In this document: positions 11,801-26,800 of the stretch, in pieces
Numbering within the stretch: the first letter of the stretch is position 1
Layout of the letters: the number at the start of each line of letters is the position of its first letter
From: Eledone cirrhosa
Lineage: Eukaryota
Assembly (NCBI GenBank): GCA_964016885.1
Contig: OZ024755.1
Location: 41,850,001-41,914,000, forward strand
Length of the DNA: 64,000 nt
Direction: 5' to 3'
Made by a program: the position numbers and the translations under genes
Notes under the pieces: model-generated
Seen by the model: the letters and a program-made list of their open reading frames with translations, nothing else
Database searches by the model: none
What the model was told of the DNA's origin: nothing

Positions 11801-14800
11801 GTTTAGGACCGTGTCCAGTGACCCACTGACAATTGGCACAACTTCTGTCTTACTGTGGTGTCAGTAAGGTGTTTAGGGACCGTGTCCAGTGACCCACTGA
11901 CAATTGGCACAACTTTTGTCTTACTGTGGTGTCAGTAAGGTGTTTAGGGACCGTGTCCAGTGACCCACTGACAATTGGCACAACTTCTGTCTTACTGTGG
12001 TAAGGTGTTTAGGGACCGTGTCAAGTGACCCACTGACAATTAGCACAACTTCTGTCTTACTGTGGTGTCAGTAAGGTGTTTAGGACCGTGTCCAGTGACC
12101 CACTGACAATTAGCACAACTTCTGTCTTACTGTGGTAAGGTGTTTAGGGACCGTGTCCAGTGACCCACTGACAATTAGCACAACTTCTGTCTTACTGTGG
12201 TGTCAGTAAGGTGTTTAGGACCGTGTCCAGTGACCCACTGACAATTGGCACAACTTCTGTCTTACTGTGGTGTCAGTAAGGTGTTTAGGGACCGTGTCCA
12301 GTGACCCACTGACAATTGGCATAACTTCTGTCTTACTGTGGTAAGGTGTTTAGGGACCGTGTCCAGTGACCCACTGACAATTAGCACAACTTCTGTCTTA
12401 CTGTGGTAAGGTGTTTAGGGACCGTGTCCAGTGACCCACTGACAATTAGCACAACTTCTGTCTTACTGTGGTGTCAGTAAGGTGTTTAGGACCGTGTCTA
12501 GTGACCCACTGACAATTGGCACAACTTCTGTCTTACTGTGGTGTCAGTAAGGTGTTTAGGGACCGTGTCCAGTGACCCACTGACAATTGGCACAACTTCT
12601 GTCTTACTGTGGTAAGGTATTTAGGGACCGTGTCCAGTGACCCACTGACAATTAGCACAACTTCTGTCTTACTGTGGTGTCAGTAAGGTGTTTAGGACCG
12701 TGTCCAGTGACCCACTGACAATTGGCACAACTTCTGTCTTACTGTGGTAAGGTGTTTAGGGACCGTGTCCAGTGACCCACTGACAATTGGCACAACTTCT
12801 GTCTTACTGTGGTAAGGTGTTTAGGGACCGTGTCCAGTGACCCACTGACAATTGGCACAACTTCTGTCTTACTGTGGTGTCAGTAAGGTGTTTAGGGACC
12901 GTGTCCAGTGACCCACTGACAATTGGCACAACTTCTGTCTTACTGTGGTAAGGTGTTTAGGGACCGTGTCCAGTGACCCACTGACAATTGGCACAACTTC
13001 TGTCTTACTGTGGTGTCAGTAAGGTGTTTAGGACCGTGTCCAGTGACCCACTGACAATTGGCACAACTTCTGTCTTACTGTGGTGTCAGTAAGGTGTTTA
13101 GGGACCGTGTCCAGTGACCCACTGACAATTGGCACAACTTCTGTCTTACTGTGGTAAGGTGTCTAGGGACCGTGTCCAGTGACCCACTGACAATTGGCAC
13201 AACTTCTGTCTTACTGTGGTGTCAGTAAGGTGTTTAGGACCGTGTCCAGTGACCCACTGACAATTGGCACAACTTCTGTCTTACTGTGGTAAGGTGTTTA
13301 GGGACCGTGTCCAGTGACCCACTGACAATTAGCACAACTTCTGTCTTACTGTGGTAAGGTGTTTAGGGACCATGTCCAGTGACCCACTGACAATTAGCAC
13401 AACTTCTGTCTTACTGTGGTGTCAGTAAGGTGTTTAGGACCGTGTCCAGTGACCCACTGACAATTGGCACAACTTCTGTCTTACTGTGGTAAGGTGTTTA
13501 GGGACCGTGTCCAGTGACCCACTGACAATTGGCACAACTTCTGTCTTACTGTGGTAAGGTGTTTAGGGACCGTGTCCAGTGACCCACTGACAATTAGCAC
13601 AACTTCTGTCTTACTGTGGTGTCAGTAAGGTGTTTAGGGACCGTGTCCAGTGACCCACTGACAATTGGCACAACTTCTGTCTTACTGTGGTGTCAGTAAG
13701 GTGTTTAGGGACCGTGTCCAGTGACCCACTGACAATTAGCACAACTTCTGTCTTACTGTGGTAAGGTGTTTAGGGACCGTGTCCAGTGACCCACTGACAA
13801 TTAGCACAACTTCTGTCTTACTGTGGTGTCAGTAAGGTGTTTAGGGACCGTGTCCAGTGACCCACTGACAATTGGCACAACTTCTGTCTTACTGTGGTGT
13901 CAGTAAGGTGTTTAGGGACCGTGTCCAGTGACCCACTGACAATTGGCACAACTTCTGTCTTACTGTGGTAAGGTGTTTAGGGACCGTGTCCAGTGACCCA
14001 CTGACAATTAGCACAACTTCTGTCTTACTGTGGTAAGGTGTTTAGGGACCGTGTCCAGTGACCCACTGACAATTAGCACAACTTCTGTCTTACTGTGGTG
14101 TCAGTAAGGTGTTTAGGACCGTGTCCAGTGACCCACTGACAATTGGCACAACTTCTGTCTTACTGTGGTAAGGTGTTTAGGGACCGTGTCCAGTGACCCA
14201 CTGACAATTAGCACAACTTCTGTCTTACTGTGGTAAGGTGTTTAGGGACCGTGTCCAGTGACCCACTGACAATTAGCACAACTTCTGTCTTACTGTGGTG
14301 TCAGTAAGGTATCTAGGACCGTGTCCAGTGACCCACTGACAATTGGCACAACTTCTGTCTTACTGTGGTATCAGGAAGGTGTTTAGGGACCGTGTCCAGT
14401 GACCCACTGACAATTCGCACAACTTCTGTCTTACTGTGGTGTCAGTAAGGTGTTTAGGGACCGTGTCCAGTGACTCACTGACAATTGGCACAACTTCTGT
14501 CTTACTGTGGTGTCAGTAAGGTGTTTAGGGACCGTGTCCAGTGACCCACTGACAATTGGCACAACTTCTGTCTTACTGTGGTGTCAGTAAGGTGTTTAGG
14601 GACCGTGTCCAGTGACCCACTGACAATTGGCACAACTTCTGTCTTACTGTGGTAAGGTGTTTAGGGACCGTGTCCAGTGACCCACTGACAATTAGCACAA
14701 CTTCTGTCTTACTGTGGTGTCAATAAGGTGTTTAGGGACCGTGTCCAGTGACCCACTGACAATTAGCACAACTTCTGTCTTACTGTGGTGTCAGTAAGGT

Positions 14801-17800
14801 GTTTAGGGACCGTGTCCAGTGACCCACTGACAATTGGCACAACTTCTGTCTTACTGTGGTAAGGTGTTTAGGGACCGTGTCCAGTGACCCACTGACAATT
14901 AGCACAACTTCTGTCTTACTGTGGTGTCAGTAAGGTGTTTAGGACCGTGTCCAGTGACCCACTGACAATTGGCACAACTTCTGTCTTACTGTGGTAAGGT
15001 GTTTAGGGACCGTGTCCAGTGACCCACTGACAATTAGCACAACTTCTGTCTTACTGTGGTAAGGTGTTTAGGGACCGTGTCCAGTGACCCACTGACAATT
15101 AGCACAACTTCTGTCTTACTGTGGTGTCAGTAAGGTGTTTAGGACCGTGTCCAGTGACCCACTGACAATTGGCACATCTTCTGTCTTACTGTGGTGTCAG
15201 TAAGGTGTTTAGGACCGTGTCCAGTGACCCACTGACAATTGGCACAACTTCTGTCTTACTGTGGTAAGGTGTTTAGGGACCGTGTCCAGTGACCCACTGA
15301 CAATTGGCACAACTTCTGTCTTACTGTGGTGTCAGTAAGGTGTTTAGGGACCGTGTCCAGTGACCCACTGACAATTGGCACAACTTCTGTCTTACTGTGG
15401 TAAGGTGTTTAGGGACCGTGTCCAGTGACCCACTGACAATTAGCACAACTACTGTCTTACTGTGGTGTCAGTAAGGTGTTTAGGGACCGCGTCCAGTGAC
15501 CCACTGACAATTGGCACAACTTCTGTCTTACTGTGGTGTCAGTAAGGTGTTTAGGGACCGTGTCCAGTGACCCACTGACAATTAGCACAACTTCTGTCTT
15601 ACTGTGGTGTCAGTAAGGTGTTTAGGACCGTGTCCAGTGACCCACTGACAATTAGCACAACTTCTGTCTTACTGTGGTGTCATTAAGGTGTTTAGGACCG
15701 TGTCCAGTGACCCACTGACAATTGGCACAACTTCTGTCTTACTGTGGTAAGGTGTTTAGGGACCGTGTCCAGTGACCCACTGACAATTAGCACAACTTCT
15801 GTCATAATGTGGTAAGGTGTTTAGGGACCGTGTCCAGTGACCCACTGACAATTAGCACAACTTCTGTCATACTGTGGTAAGGTGTTTAGGACCGTGTCCA
15901 GTGACCCACTGACAATTGGCACAACTTCTGTCTTACTGTGGTGTCAGTAAGGTGTTTAGGGACCGCGTCCAGTGACCCACTGACAATTGGCACAACTTCT
16001 GTCTTACTGTGGTAAGGTGTTTAGGGACCGTGTCCAGTGACCCACTGACAATTAGCACAACTTCTGTCTTACTGTGGTGTCAGTAAGGTGTTTAGGGACC
16101 GTGTCCAGTGACCCACTGACAATTGGCACAACTTCTGTCTTACTGTGGTGTCAGTAAGGTGTTTAGGGACCGTGTCCAGTGACCCACTGACAATTAGCAC
16201 AACTTCTGTCTTACTGTGGTGTCAGTAAGGTGTTTAGGGACCGTGTCCAGTGACCCACTGACAATTGGCACAACTTCTGTCTTACTGTGGTGTCAGTAAG
16301 GTGTTTAGGGACCGTGTCCAGTGACCCACTGACAATTGGCACAACTTCTGTCTTACTGTGGTGTCAGCAAGGTGTTTAGGACCGTGTCCAGTGACCCACT
16401 GACAATTGGCACAACTTCTGTCTTACTGTGCTAAGGTGTTTAGGGACCGTGTCCAGTGACCCACTGACAATTGGCACAACTTGTGTCATACTGTGGTGTC
16501 AGTAAGGTGTTTAGGGACCGTGTCCAGTGACCCACTGACAATTGGCACAACTTCTGTCTTACTGTGGTAAGTTGTTTAGGGACCGTGTCCAGTGACCCAC
16601 TGACAATTAGCACAACTTCTGTCTTACTGTGGTAAGGTGTTTAGGGACTGTGTCCAGTGACCCACTGACAATTAGCACAACTTCTGTCTTACTGTGGTGT
16701 CAGTAAGGTGTTTAGGACCGTGTTCAGTGACCCACTGACAATTGGCACAACTTCTGTCTTACTGTGGTGTCAGTAAGGTGTTTAGGGACCGTGTCCAGTG
16801 ACCCACTGACAATTGGCACAACTTCTGTCTTACTGTGGTGTCAGTAAGGTGTTTAGGGACCGTGTCCAGTGACCCACTGACAATTGGCACAACTTCTGTC
16901 TTACTGTGGTAAGGTGTTTAGGGACCGTGTCCAGTGACCCACTGACAATTAGCACAACTTCTGTCTTACTGTGGTAAGGTGTTTAGGGACCGTGTCCAGT
17001 GACCCACTGACAATTAGCACAACTTCTGTCTTACTGTGGTGTCAGTAAGGTGTTTAGGACCGTGTACAGTGACCCACTGACAATTGGCACAACTTCTGTC
17101 TTACTGTGGTAAGGTGTTTAGGGACCGTGTCCAGTGACCCACTGACAATTGGCACAACTTCTGTCTTACTGTGGTGTCAGTAAGGTGTTTAGGGACCGTG
17201 TCCAGTGACCCACTGACAATTGGCACAACTTCTGTCTTACTATGGTGTCAGTAAGGTGTTTAGGACCGTGTCCAGTGACCCACTGACAATTGGCACAACT
17301 TCTGTCTTACTGTGGAAAGGTGTTTAGGGACCGTGTCCAGTGACCCACTGACAATTAGCACAACTTCTGTCTTACTGTGGTAAGGTGTTTAGGGACCGTG
17401 TCCAGTGACCCACTGACAATTAGCACAACTTCTGTCTTACTGTGGTGTCAGTAAGGTGTTTAGGGACCGTGTCCAGTGACCCACTGACAATTAGCACAAC
17501 TTCTGTCTTACTGTGATAAGGTGTTTAGGGACCGTGTCCAGTGACCCACTGACAATTAGCACAACTTCTGTCTTACTGTGGTGTCAGTAAGGTGTTTAGG
17601 GACCGTGTCCAGTGACCCACTGACAATTGGCACAACTTCTGTCTTACTGTGGTGTCAGTAAGGTGTTTAGGGACCCTGTCCAGTGACCCACTGACAATTA
17701 GCACAACTTCAGTCTTACTGTGGTGTCAGTAAGGTGTTTAGGGACCGTGTCCAGTGACCCACTGACAATTGGCACAACTTCTGTCTTACTGTGGTAAGGT

Positions 17801-20800
17801 GTTTAGGACCGTGTCCAGTGACCCACTGACAATTAGCATAACTTCTGTCTTACTGTGGTGTCAGTAAGGTGTTTAGGACCGTGTCCAGTGACCCACTGAC
17901 AATTGGCACAACTTCTGTCTTACTGTGGTGTCAGTAAGGTGTTTAGGGACCGTGTCCAGTGACCCACTGACAATTGGCACAACTTCTGTCTTACTGTGGT
18001 GTCAGTAAGGTGTTTAGGGACCGTGTCCAGTGACCCACTGACAATTGGCACAACTTCTGTCTTACTGTGGTAAGGTGTTTAGGGACCGTGTCCAGTGACC
18101 CACTGACATTTGGCACAACTTCTGTCTTACTGTGGTGTCAGTAAGGTGTTTAGGGACCGTGTCCAGTGACCCACTGACAATTAGCACAACTTCTGTCTTA
18201 CTGTGGTGTCAGTAAGGTGTTTAGGACCGTGTCCAGTGACCCACTGACAATTGGCACAACTTCTGTCTTACTGTGGTAAGGTGTTTAGGGACCGTGTCCA
18301 GTGACCCACTGACAATTAGCACAACTTCTGTCTTACTGTGGTGTCAGTAAGGTGTTTAGGACCGTGTCCAGTGACCCACTGACAATTGGCACAACTTCTG
18401 TCTTACTGTGGTGTCAGTAAGGTGTTTAGGGACCGTGTCCAGTGACCCACTGACAATTGGCACAACTTCTGTCTTACTGTGGTGTCAGTAAGGTGTTTAG
18501 GGACCGTGTCCAGTGACCCACTGACAATTGGCACAACTTCTGTCTTACTGTGGTAAGGTGTTTAGGGACCGTGTCCAGTGACCCACTGACATTTGGCACA
18601 ACTTCTGTCTTACTGTGGTGTCAGTAAGGTGTTTAGGGACCGTGTCCAGTGACCCACTGACAATTAGCACAACTTCTGTCTTACTGTGGTGTCAGTAAGG
18701 TGTTTAGGACCGTGTCCAGTGACCCACTGACAATTGGCACAACTTCTGTCTTACTGTGGTAAGGTGTTTAGGGACCGTGTCCAGTGACCCACTGACAATT
18801 AGCACAACTTCTGTCTTACTGTGGTGTCAGTAAGGTGTTTAGGACCGTGTCCAGTGACCCACTGACAATTGGCACAACTTCTGTCTTACTGTGGTAAGGT
18901 GTTTAGGGACCGTGTCCAGTGACCCACTGACAATTAGCACAACTTCTGTCTTACTGTGGTGTCAGTAAGGTGTTTAGGAACCGTGTCCAGTGACCCACTG
19001 ACAATTGGCACAACTTCTGTCTTACTGTGGTGTCAGTAAGGTGTTTAGGACCGTGTCCAGTGACCCACTGACAATTGGCACAACTTCTGTCTTACTGTGG
19101 TGTCAGTAAGGTGTTTAGGGACCGTGTCCAGTGACCCACTGACAATTGGCACAACTTCTGTCTTACTGTGGTAAGGTGTTTAGGGACCGTGTCCAGTGAC
19201 CCACTGACAATTGGCACAACTTCTGTCTTACTGTGGTAAGGTGTTTAGGGACCGTGTCCAGTGACCCACTGACAATTAGCACAACTTCTGTCTTACTGTG
19301 GTAAGGTGTTTAGGGACCGTGTCCAGTGACCCACTGACAATTAGCACAACTTCTGTCTTACTGTGGTGTCAGTAAGGTGTTTAGGACCGTGTCCAGTGAC
19401 CCACTGACAATTGGCACAACTTCTGTCTTACTGTGGTAAGGTGTTTAGGGACCGTGTCCAGTGACCCACTGACAATTAGCACAACTTCTGTCTTACTGTG
19501 GTGTCAGTAAGGTGTTTAGGACCGTGTCCAGTGACCCACTGACAATTGGCACAACTTCTGTCTTACTGTGGTAAGGTGTTTAGGGACCGTGTCCAGTGAC
19601 CCACTGACAATTAGCACAACTTCTGTCTTACTGTGGTGTCAGTAAGGTGTTTAGGACCGTGTCCAGTGACCCACTGACAATTAGCACAACTTCTGTCTTA
19701 CTGTGGTGTCAGTAAGGTGTTTAGGACCGTGTCCAGTGACCCACTGACAATTGGCACAACTTCTGTCTTACTGTGGTAAGGTGTTTAGGGACCGTGTCCA
19801 GTGACCCACTGACAATTAGCACAACTTCTGTCATACTGTGGTGTCAGTAAGGTGTTTAGGACCGTGTCCAGTGACCCACTGACAATTAGCACAACTTCTG
19901 TCTTACTGTGGTGTCAGTAAGGTGTTTAGGACCGTGTCCAGTGACCCACTGACAATTAGCACAACTTCTGTCTTACTGTGGTAAGGTGTTTAGGGACCGT
20001 GTCCAGTGACCCACTGACAATTAGCACAACTTCTGTCTTACTGTGGTGTCAGTAATGTATTTAGGGACCGTGTCCAGTGACCCACTGACAATTGGCACAA
20101 CTTCTGTCTTACTGTGGTAAGGTGTTTAGGGACCGTGTCCAGTGACCCACTGACAATTAGCACAACTTCTGTCTTACTGTGGTAAGGTGTTTAGGGACCG
20201 TGGCCAGTGACCCACTGACAATTAGCACAACTTCTGTCTTACTGTGGTAAGGTGTTTAGGGACCGTGTCCAGTGACCCACTGACAATTGGCACAACTTCT
20301 GTCTTACTGTGGTGTCAGTAAGGTGTTTAGGGACCGTGTCCAGTGACCCACTGACACTTGGCACAACTTCTGTCTTACTGTGGTAAGGTGTTTAGGGACC
20401 GTGGCCAGTGACCCACTGACAATTAGCACAACTTCTGTCTTACTGTGGTGTCAGTAAGGTGTTTAGGACCGTGTCCAGTGACCCACTGACAATTGGCACA
20501 ACTTCTGTCTTACTGTGGTGTCAGTAAGGTGTTTAGGGACCGTGTCCAGTGACCCACTGACAATTGGCACAACTTCTGTCTTACTGTGGTAAGGTGTTTA
20601 GGGACCGTGTCCAGTGACCCACTGACAATTAGCACAACTTCTGTCTTACTGTGGTAAGGTGTTTAGGGACCGTGTCCAGTGACCCACTGACAATTAGCAC
20701 AACTTCTGTCTTACTGTGGTAAGGTGTTTAGGGACCGTGTCCAGTGACCCACTGACAATTAGCACAACTTCTGTCTTACTGTGGTGTCAGTAAGGTGTTT

Positions 20801-23800
20801 AGGACCGTGTCCAGTGACCCACTGACAATTAGCACAACTTCTGTCATACTGTGGTGTCAGTAAGGTGTTTAGGACCGTGTCCAGTGACCCACTGACAATT
20901 GGCACAACTTCTGTCTTACTGTGGTGTCAGTAAGGTGTTTAGGGACCGTGTCCAGTGACCCACTGACAATTGGCACAACTTCTGTCTTACTGTGGTGTCA
21001 GTAAGGTGTTTAGGACCGTGTCCAGTGACCCACTGACAATTAGCACAACTTCTGTCATACTGTGGTGTCAGTAATGTATTTAGGGACCGTGTCCAGTGAC
21101 CCACTGACAATTGGCACAACTTCTGTCTTACTGTGGTGCAGTAAGGTGTTTAGGGACCGTGTCCAGTGACCCACTGACAATTGGCACAACTTCTGTCTTA
21201 CTGTGGTAAGGTGTTTAGGGACCGTGTCCAGTGACCCACTGACAATTGGCACAACTTCTGTCTTACTGTGGTAAGGTGTTTAGGGACCGTGTCCAGTGAC
21301 CCACTGACAATTAGCACAACTCCTGTCTTACTGTGGTGTTAGTAACGTGTTTAGGGACCGTGTCCAGTGACCCACTGACAATTAGCACAATTTCTGTCTT
21401 ACTGTGGTGTCAGTAAGGTGTTTAGGGACCGTGTCCAGTGACCCACTGACAATTAGCACAACTTCTGTCTTACTGTGGTAAGGTGTTTAGGGACCGTGTC
21501 CAGTGACCCACTGACAATTAGCACAACTTCTGTCTTACTGTGGTGTCAGTAAGGTGTTTAGGACCGTGTCCAGTGACCCACTGACAATTGGCACAACTTC
21601 TGTCTTACTGTGGTGTCAGTAAGGTGTTTAGGGACCGTGTCCAGTGACCCACTGACAATTAGCACAACTTCTGTCTTACTGTGGTGTCAGTAAGGTGTTT
21701 AGGGACCGTGTCCAGTGACCCACTGACAATTAGCACAACTCCTGTCTTACTGTGGTGTCAGTAAGGTGTTTAGGGACCGTGTCCAGTGACCCACTGACAA
21801 TTAGCACAACTTCTGTCTTACTGTGGTGTCAGTAAGGTGTTTAGGGACAGTGTCCAGTGACCCACTGACAATTAGCACAACTTCTGTCTTACTGTGGTAA
21901 GGTGTTTAGGGACCGTGTCCAGTGACCCACTGACAATTAGCACAACTCCTGGCTTACTGTGGTGTCAGTAAGGTGTTTAGGGACCGTGTCCAGTGACCCA
22001 CTGACAATTGGCACAACTTCTGTCTTACTGTGGTGTCAGTAAGGTGTTTAGGGACCGTGTCCAGTGACCCACTGACAATTAGCACAACTTCTGTCTTACT
22101 GTGGTGTCCGTAAGGTGTTTAGGACCGTGTCCAGTGACCCACTGACAATTAGCACAATTTCTGTCATACTGTGGTGTCAGTAAGGTGTTTAGGACCGTGT
22201 CCAGTGACCCACTGACAATTAGCACAACTTCTGTCATACTGTGGTGTCAGTAAGGTGTTTAGGACCGTGTCCAGTGACCCACTAACAATTAGCACAACTT
22301 CTGTCTTACTGTGGTGTCAGTAAGGTGTTTAGGACCGTGTCCAGTGACCCACTAACAATTAGCACAACTTCTGTCTTACTGTGGTGTCAGTAAGGCGTTT
22401 AGGGACCGTGTCCAGTGACCCACTGACAATTAGCACAATTTCTGTCATACTGTGGTGTCAGTAAGGTGTTTAGGACCGTGTCCAGTGACCCTTTAACAAT
22501 TAGCACAACTTCTGTCTTACTGTGGTGTCAGTAAGGTGTTTAGGACCGTGTCCAGTGACCCACTAACAATTAGCACAACTTCTGTCTTACTGTGGTGTCA
22601 GTAAGGTGTTTAGGGACCGTGTCCAGTGACCCACTGACAATTAGCACAATTTCTGTCATACTGTGGTGTCAGTAAGGTGTTTAGGACCGTGTCCAGTGAC
22701 CCACTAACAATTAGCACAACTTCTGTCTTACTGTGGTGTCAGTAAGGTGTTTAGGACCGTGTCCAGTGACCCACTAACAATTAGCACAACTTCTGTCTTA
22801 CTGTGGTGTCAGTAAGGTGTTTAGGGACCGTGTCCAGTGACCCACTGACAATTAGCACAATTTCTGTCTTACTGTGGTGTCAGTAAGGTGTTTAGGACCG
22901 TGTCCAGTGACCCACTGACAATTAGCACAACTTCTGTCTTACTGTGGTGTCAGTAAGGTGTTTAGGGACCGTGTCCAGTGACCCACTGACAATTAGCACA
23001 ATTTCTGTCTTACTGTGGTGTCAGTAAGGTGTTTAGGACCGTGTCCAGTGACCCACTGACAATTAGCACAACTTCTGTCTTACTGTGGTGTCAGTAATGT
23101 ATTTAGGGACCGTGTCCAGTGACCCACTGACAATTAGCACAACTTCTGTCTTACTGTGGTGTCAGTAAGGTGTTTAGGGACCGTGTCCAGTGACCCACTA
23201 ACAATTAGCACAACTTCTGTCTTACTGTGGTGTCAGTAAGGTGTTTAGGACCGTGTCCAGTGACCCACTGACAATTAGCACAACTTCTGTCTTACTGTGG
23301 TGTCAGTAAGGTGTTTAGGACCGTGTCCAGTGACCCACTGACAATTAGCACAACTTCTGTCTTACTGTGGTAAGGTGTTTAGGACCGTGTCCAGTGACCC
23401 ACTGACAATTGGCACAACTTCTGTCTTACTGTGGTGTCAGTAAGATGTTTAGGACCGTGTCCAGTGACCCACTGACAATTAGCACAATTTCTGTCTTACT
23501 GTGGTGTCAGTAAGGTGTTTAGGACCGTGTCCAGTGACCCACTAACAATTAGCACAACTTCTGTCTTACTGTGGTAAGGTGTTTAGGGACCGTGTCCAGT
23601 GACCCACTGACAATTGGCACAATTTCTGTCATACTGTGGTGTCAGTAAGGTGTTTAGGGACCGTGTCCAGTGACCCACTGACAATTGGCACAACTTCTGT
23701 CTTACTGTGGTAAGGTGTTTAGGGACCGTGTCCAGTGACCCACAGACAATTGGCACAATTTCTGTCATACTGTGGTGTCAGTAAGGTGTTTAGGACCGTG

Positions 23801-26800
23801 TCCAGTGACCCACTAACAATTAGCACAACTTCTGTCTTACTGTGGTGTCAGTAAGGTGTGTAGGACCGTGTCCAGTGACCCACTGACAATTAGCACAACT
23901 TCTGTCTTACTGTGGTGTCAGTAAGGTGTTTAGGACCGTGTCCAGTGACCCACTAACAATTAGCACAACTTCTGTCTTACTGTGGTGTCAGTAAGTTGTT
24001 TAGGACCGTGTCCAGTGACCCACTGACAATTAGCACAACTTCTGTCTTACTGTGGTGTCAGTAAGGTGTTTAGGACCGTGTCCAGTGACCCACTGACAAT
24101 TAGCACAACTTCTGTCTTACTGTGGTGTCAGTAAGGTGTTTAGGACCGTGTCCAGTGACCCACTGACAATTAGCACAACTTCTGTCTTACTGTGGTGTCA
24201 GTAAGGTGTTTAGGACCGTGTCCAGTGACCCACTAACAATTAGCACAACTTCTGTCTTACTGTGGTGTCAGTAAGGTGTTTAGGACCGTGTCCAGTGACC
24301 CACTGACAATTAGCACAACTTCTGTCTTACTGTGGTAAGGTGTTTAGGGACCGTGTCCAGTGACCCACTGACAATTAGCACAACTCCTGTCTTACTGTGG
24401 TGTCAGTAAGGTGTTTAGGGACCGTGTCCAGTGACCCACTGACAATTAGCACAACTTCTGTCATACTGTGGTGTCAGTAAGGTGTTTAGGGACCGTGTCC
24501 AGTGACCCACTGACAATTAGCACAACTTCTGTCTTACTGTGGTGTCAGTAAGGTGTTTAGGACCGTGTCCAGTGACCCACTGACAATTGGAACAACTTCT
24601 GTCTTACTGTGGTAAGGTGTTTAGGGACCGTGTCCAGTGACCCACTGACAATTAGCACAACTTCTGTCATAATGTGGTGTCAGTAAGGTGTTTAGGGACC
24701 GTGTCCAGTGACCCACTGACAATTGGCACAACTTCTGTCTTACTGTGGTGTCAGTAATGTATTTAGGGACCGTGTCCAGTGACCCACTGACAATTAGCAC
24801 AACTTCTGTCTTACTGTGGTGTCAGTAAGGTGTTTAGGACCGTGTCCAGTGACCCACTGACAATTCGCACAACTTCTGTCTTACTGTGGTAAGGTGTTTA
24901 GGGACCGTGTCCAGTGACCCACTGACAATTAGCACAACTTCTGTCATACTGTGGTGTCAGTAAGGTGTTTAGGGACCGTGTCCAGTGACCCACTGACAAT
25001 TAGCACAACTTCTGTCTTACTGTGGTGTCAGTAAGGTGTTTAGGACCGTGTCCAGTGACCCACTGACAATTAGCACAACTTCTGTCTTACTGTGGTGTCA
25101 GTAAGGTGTTTAGGACCGTGTCCAGTGACCCACTGACAATTGGCACAACTTCTGTCTTACTGTGGTGTCAGTAAGGTGTTTAGGACCGTGTCCAGTGACC
25201 CACTAACAATTAGCACAACTTCTGTCTTACTGTGGTGTCAGTAAGGTGTTTAGGACCGTGTCCAGTGACCCACTAACAATTAGCACAACTTCTGTCTTAC
25301 TGTGGTGTCAGTAAGGTGTTTAGGACCGTGTCCAGTGACCCACTGACAATTAGCACAACTTCTGTCTTACTGTGGTGTCAGTAAGGTGTTTAGGACCGTG
25401 TCCAGTGACCCACTGACAATTAGCACAACTTCTGTCTTACTGTGGTAAGGTGTTTAGGGACCGTGTCCAGTGACCCACTGACAATTAGCACAACTTCTGT
25501 CTTACTGTGGTGTCAGTAAGGTGTTTAGGACCGTGTCCAGTGACCCACTGACAATTAGCACAACTTCTGTCTTACTGTGGTGTCAGTAAGGTGTTTAGGA
25601 CCGTGTCCAGTGACCCACTGACAATTGGCACAACTTCTGTCTTACTGTGGTGTCAGTAAGGTGTTTAGGACCGTGTCCAGTGACCCACTAACAATTAGCA
25701 CAACTTCTGTCTTACTGTGGTGTCAGTAAGGTGTTTAGGACCGTGTCCAGTGACCCACTGACAATTAGCACAACTTCTGTCTTACTGTGGTGTCAGTAAG
25801 GTGTTTAGGACCGTGTCCAGTGACCCACTGACAATTGGCACAACTTCTGTCTTACTGTGGTGTCAGTAAGGTGTTTAGGACCGTGTCCAGTGACCCACTA
25901 ACAATTAGCACAACTTCTGTCTTACTGTGGTGTCAGTAAGGTGTTTAGGACCGTGTTCAGTGACCCACTGACAATTAGCACAACTTCTGTCTTACTGTGG
26001 TGTCAGTAAGGTGTTTAGGACCGTGTCCAGTGACCCACTGACAATTGGCACAACTTCTGTCAGTATGTGGTAAGGTGTTTAGGGACCGTGTCCAGTGACC
26101 CACTGACAATTGGCACAATTTCTGTCTTACTGTGGTTTCAGTAAGGTGTTTAGGGACCGTGTCCAGTGACCCACTGACAATTGGCACAACTTCTGTCTTA
26201 CTGGGGTAAGGTGTTTAGGGACCGTGTCCAGTGACCCACTGACAATTGGCACAACTTCTGTCTTACTGTGGTGTCAGTAAGGTGTTTAGGACCGTGTCCA
26301 GTGACCCACTGACAATTAGCACAACTTCTGTCTTACTGTGGTGTCAGTAAGGTGTTTAGGACCGTGTCCAGTGACCCACTGACAATTGGCACAACTTCTG
26401 TCAGTATGTGGTAAGGTGTTTAGGGACCGTGTCCAGTGACCCACTGACAATTGGCACAACTTCTGTCTTACTGTGGTGTCAGTAAGGTGTTTAGGGACCG
26501 TGTCCAGTGACCTACTGACAATTGGCACAACTTCTGTCTTACTGTGGTAAGGTGTTTAGGGACCGTGTCCAGTGACCCACTGACAATTGGCACAACTTCT
26601 GTCTTACTGTGGTGTCAGTAAGGTGTTTAGGACCGTGTCCAGTGACCCACTGACAATTAGCACAACTTCTGTCTTACTGTGGTGTCAGTAAGGTGTTTAG
26701 GACCGTGTCCAGTGACCCACTGACAATTGGCACAACTTCTGTCAGTATGTGGTAAGGTGTTTAGGGACCGTGTCCAGTGACCCACTGACAATTGGCACAA

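Noticed and set aside
20916-26528. Short ORFs within the 70-bp satellite as expressed peptides
   Set aside because: They are chance openings from point variants that remove a stop; the units constantly shift frame.
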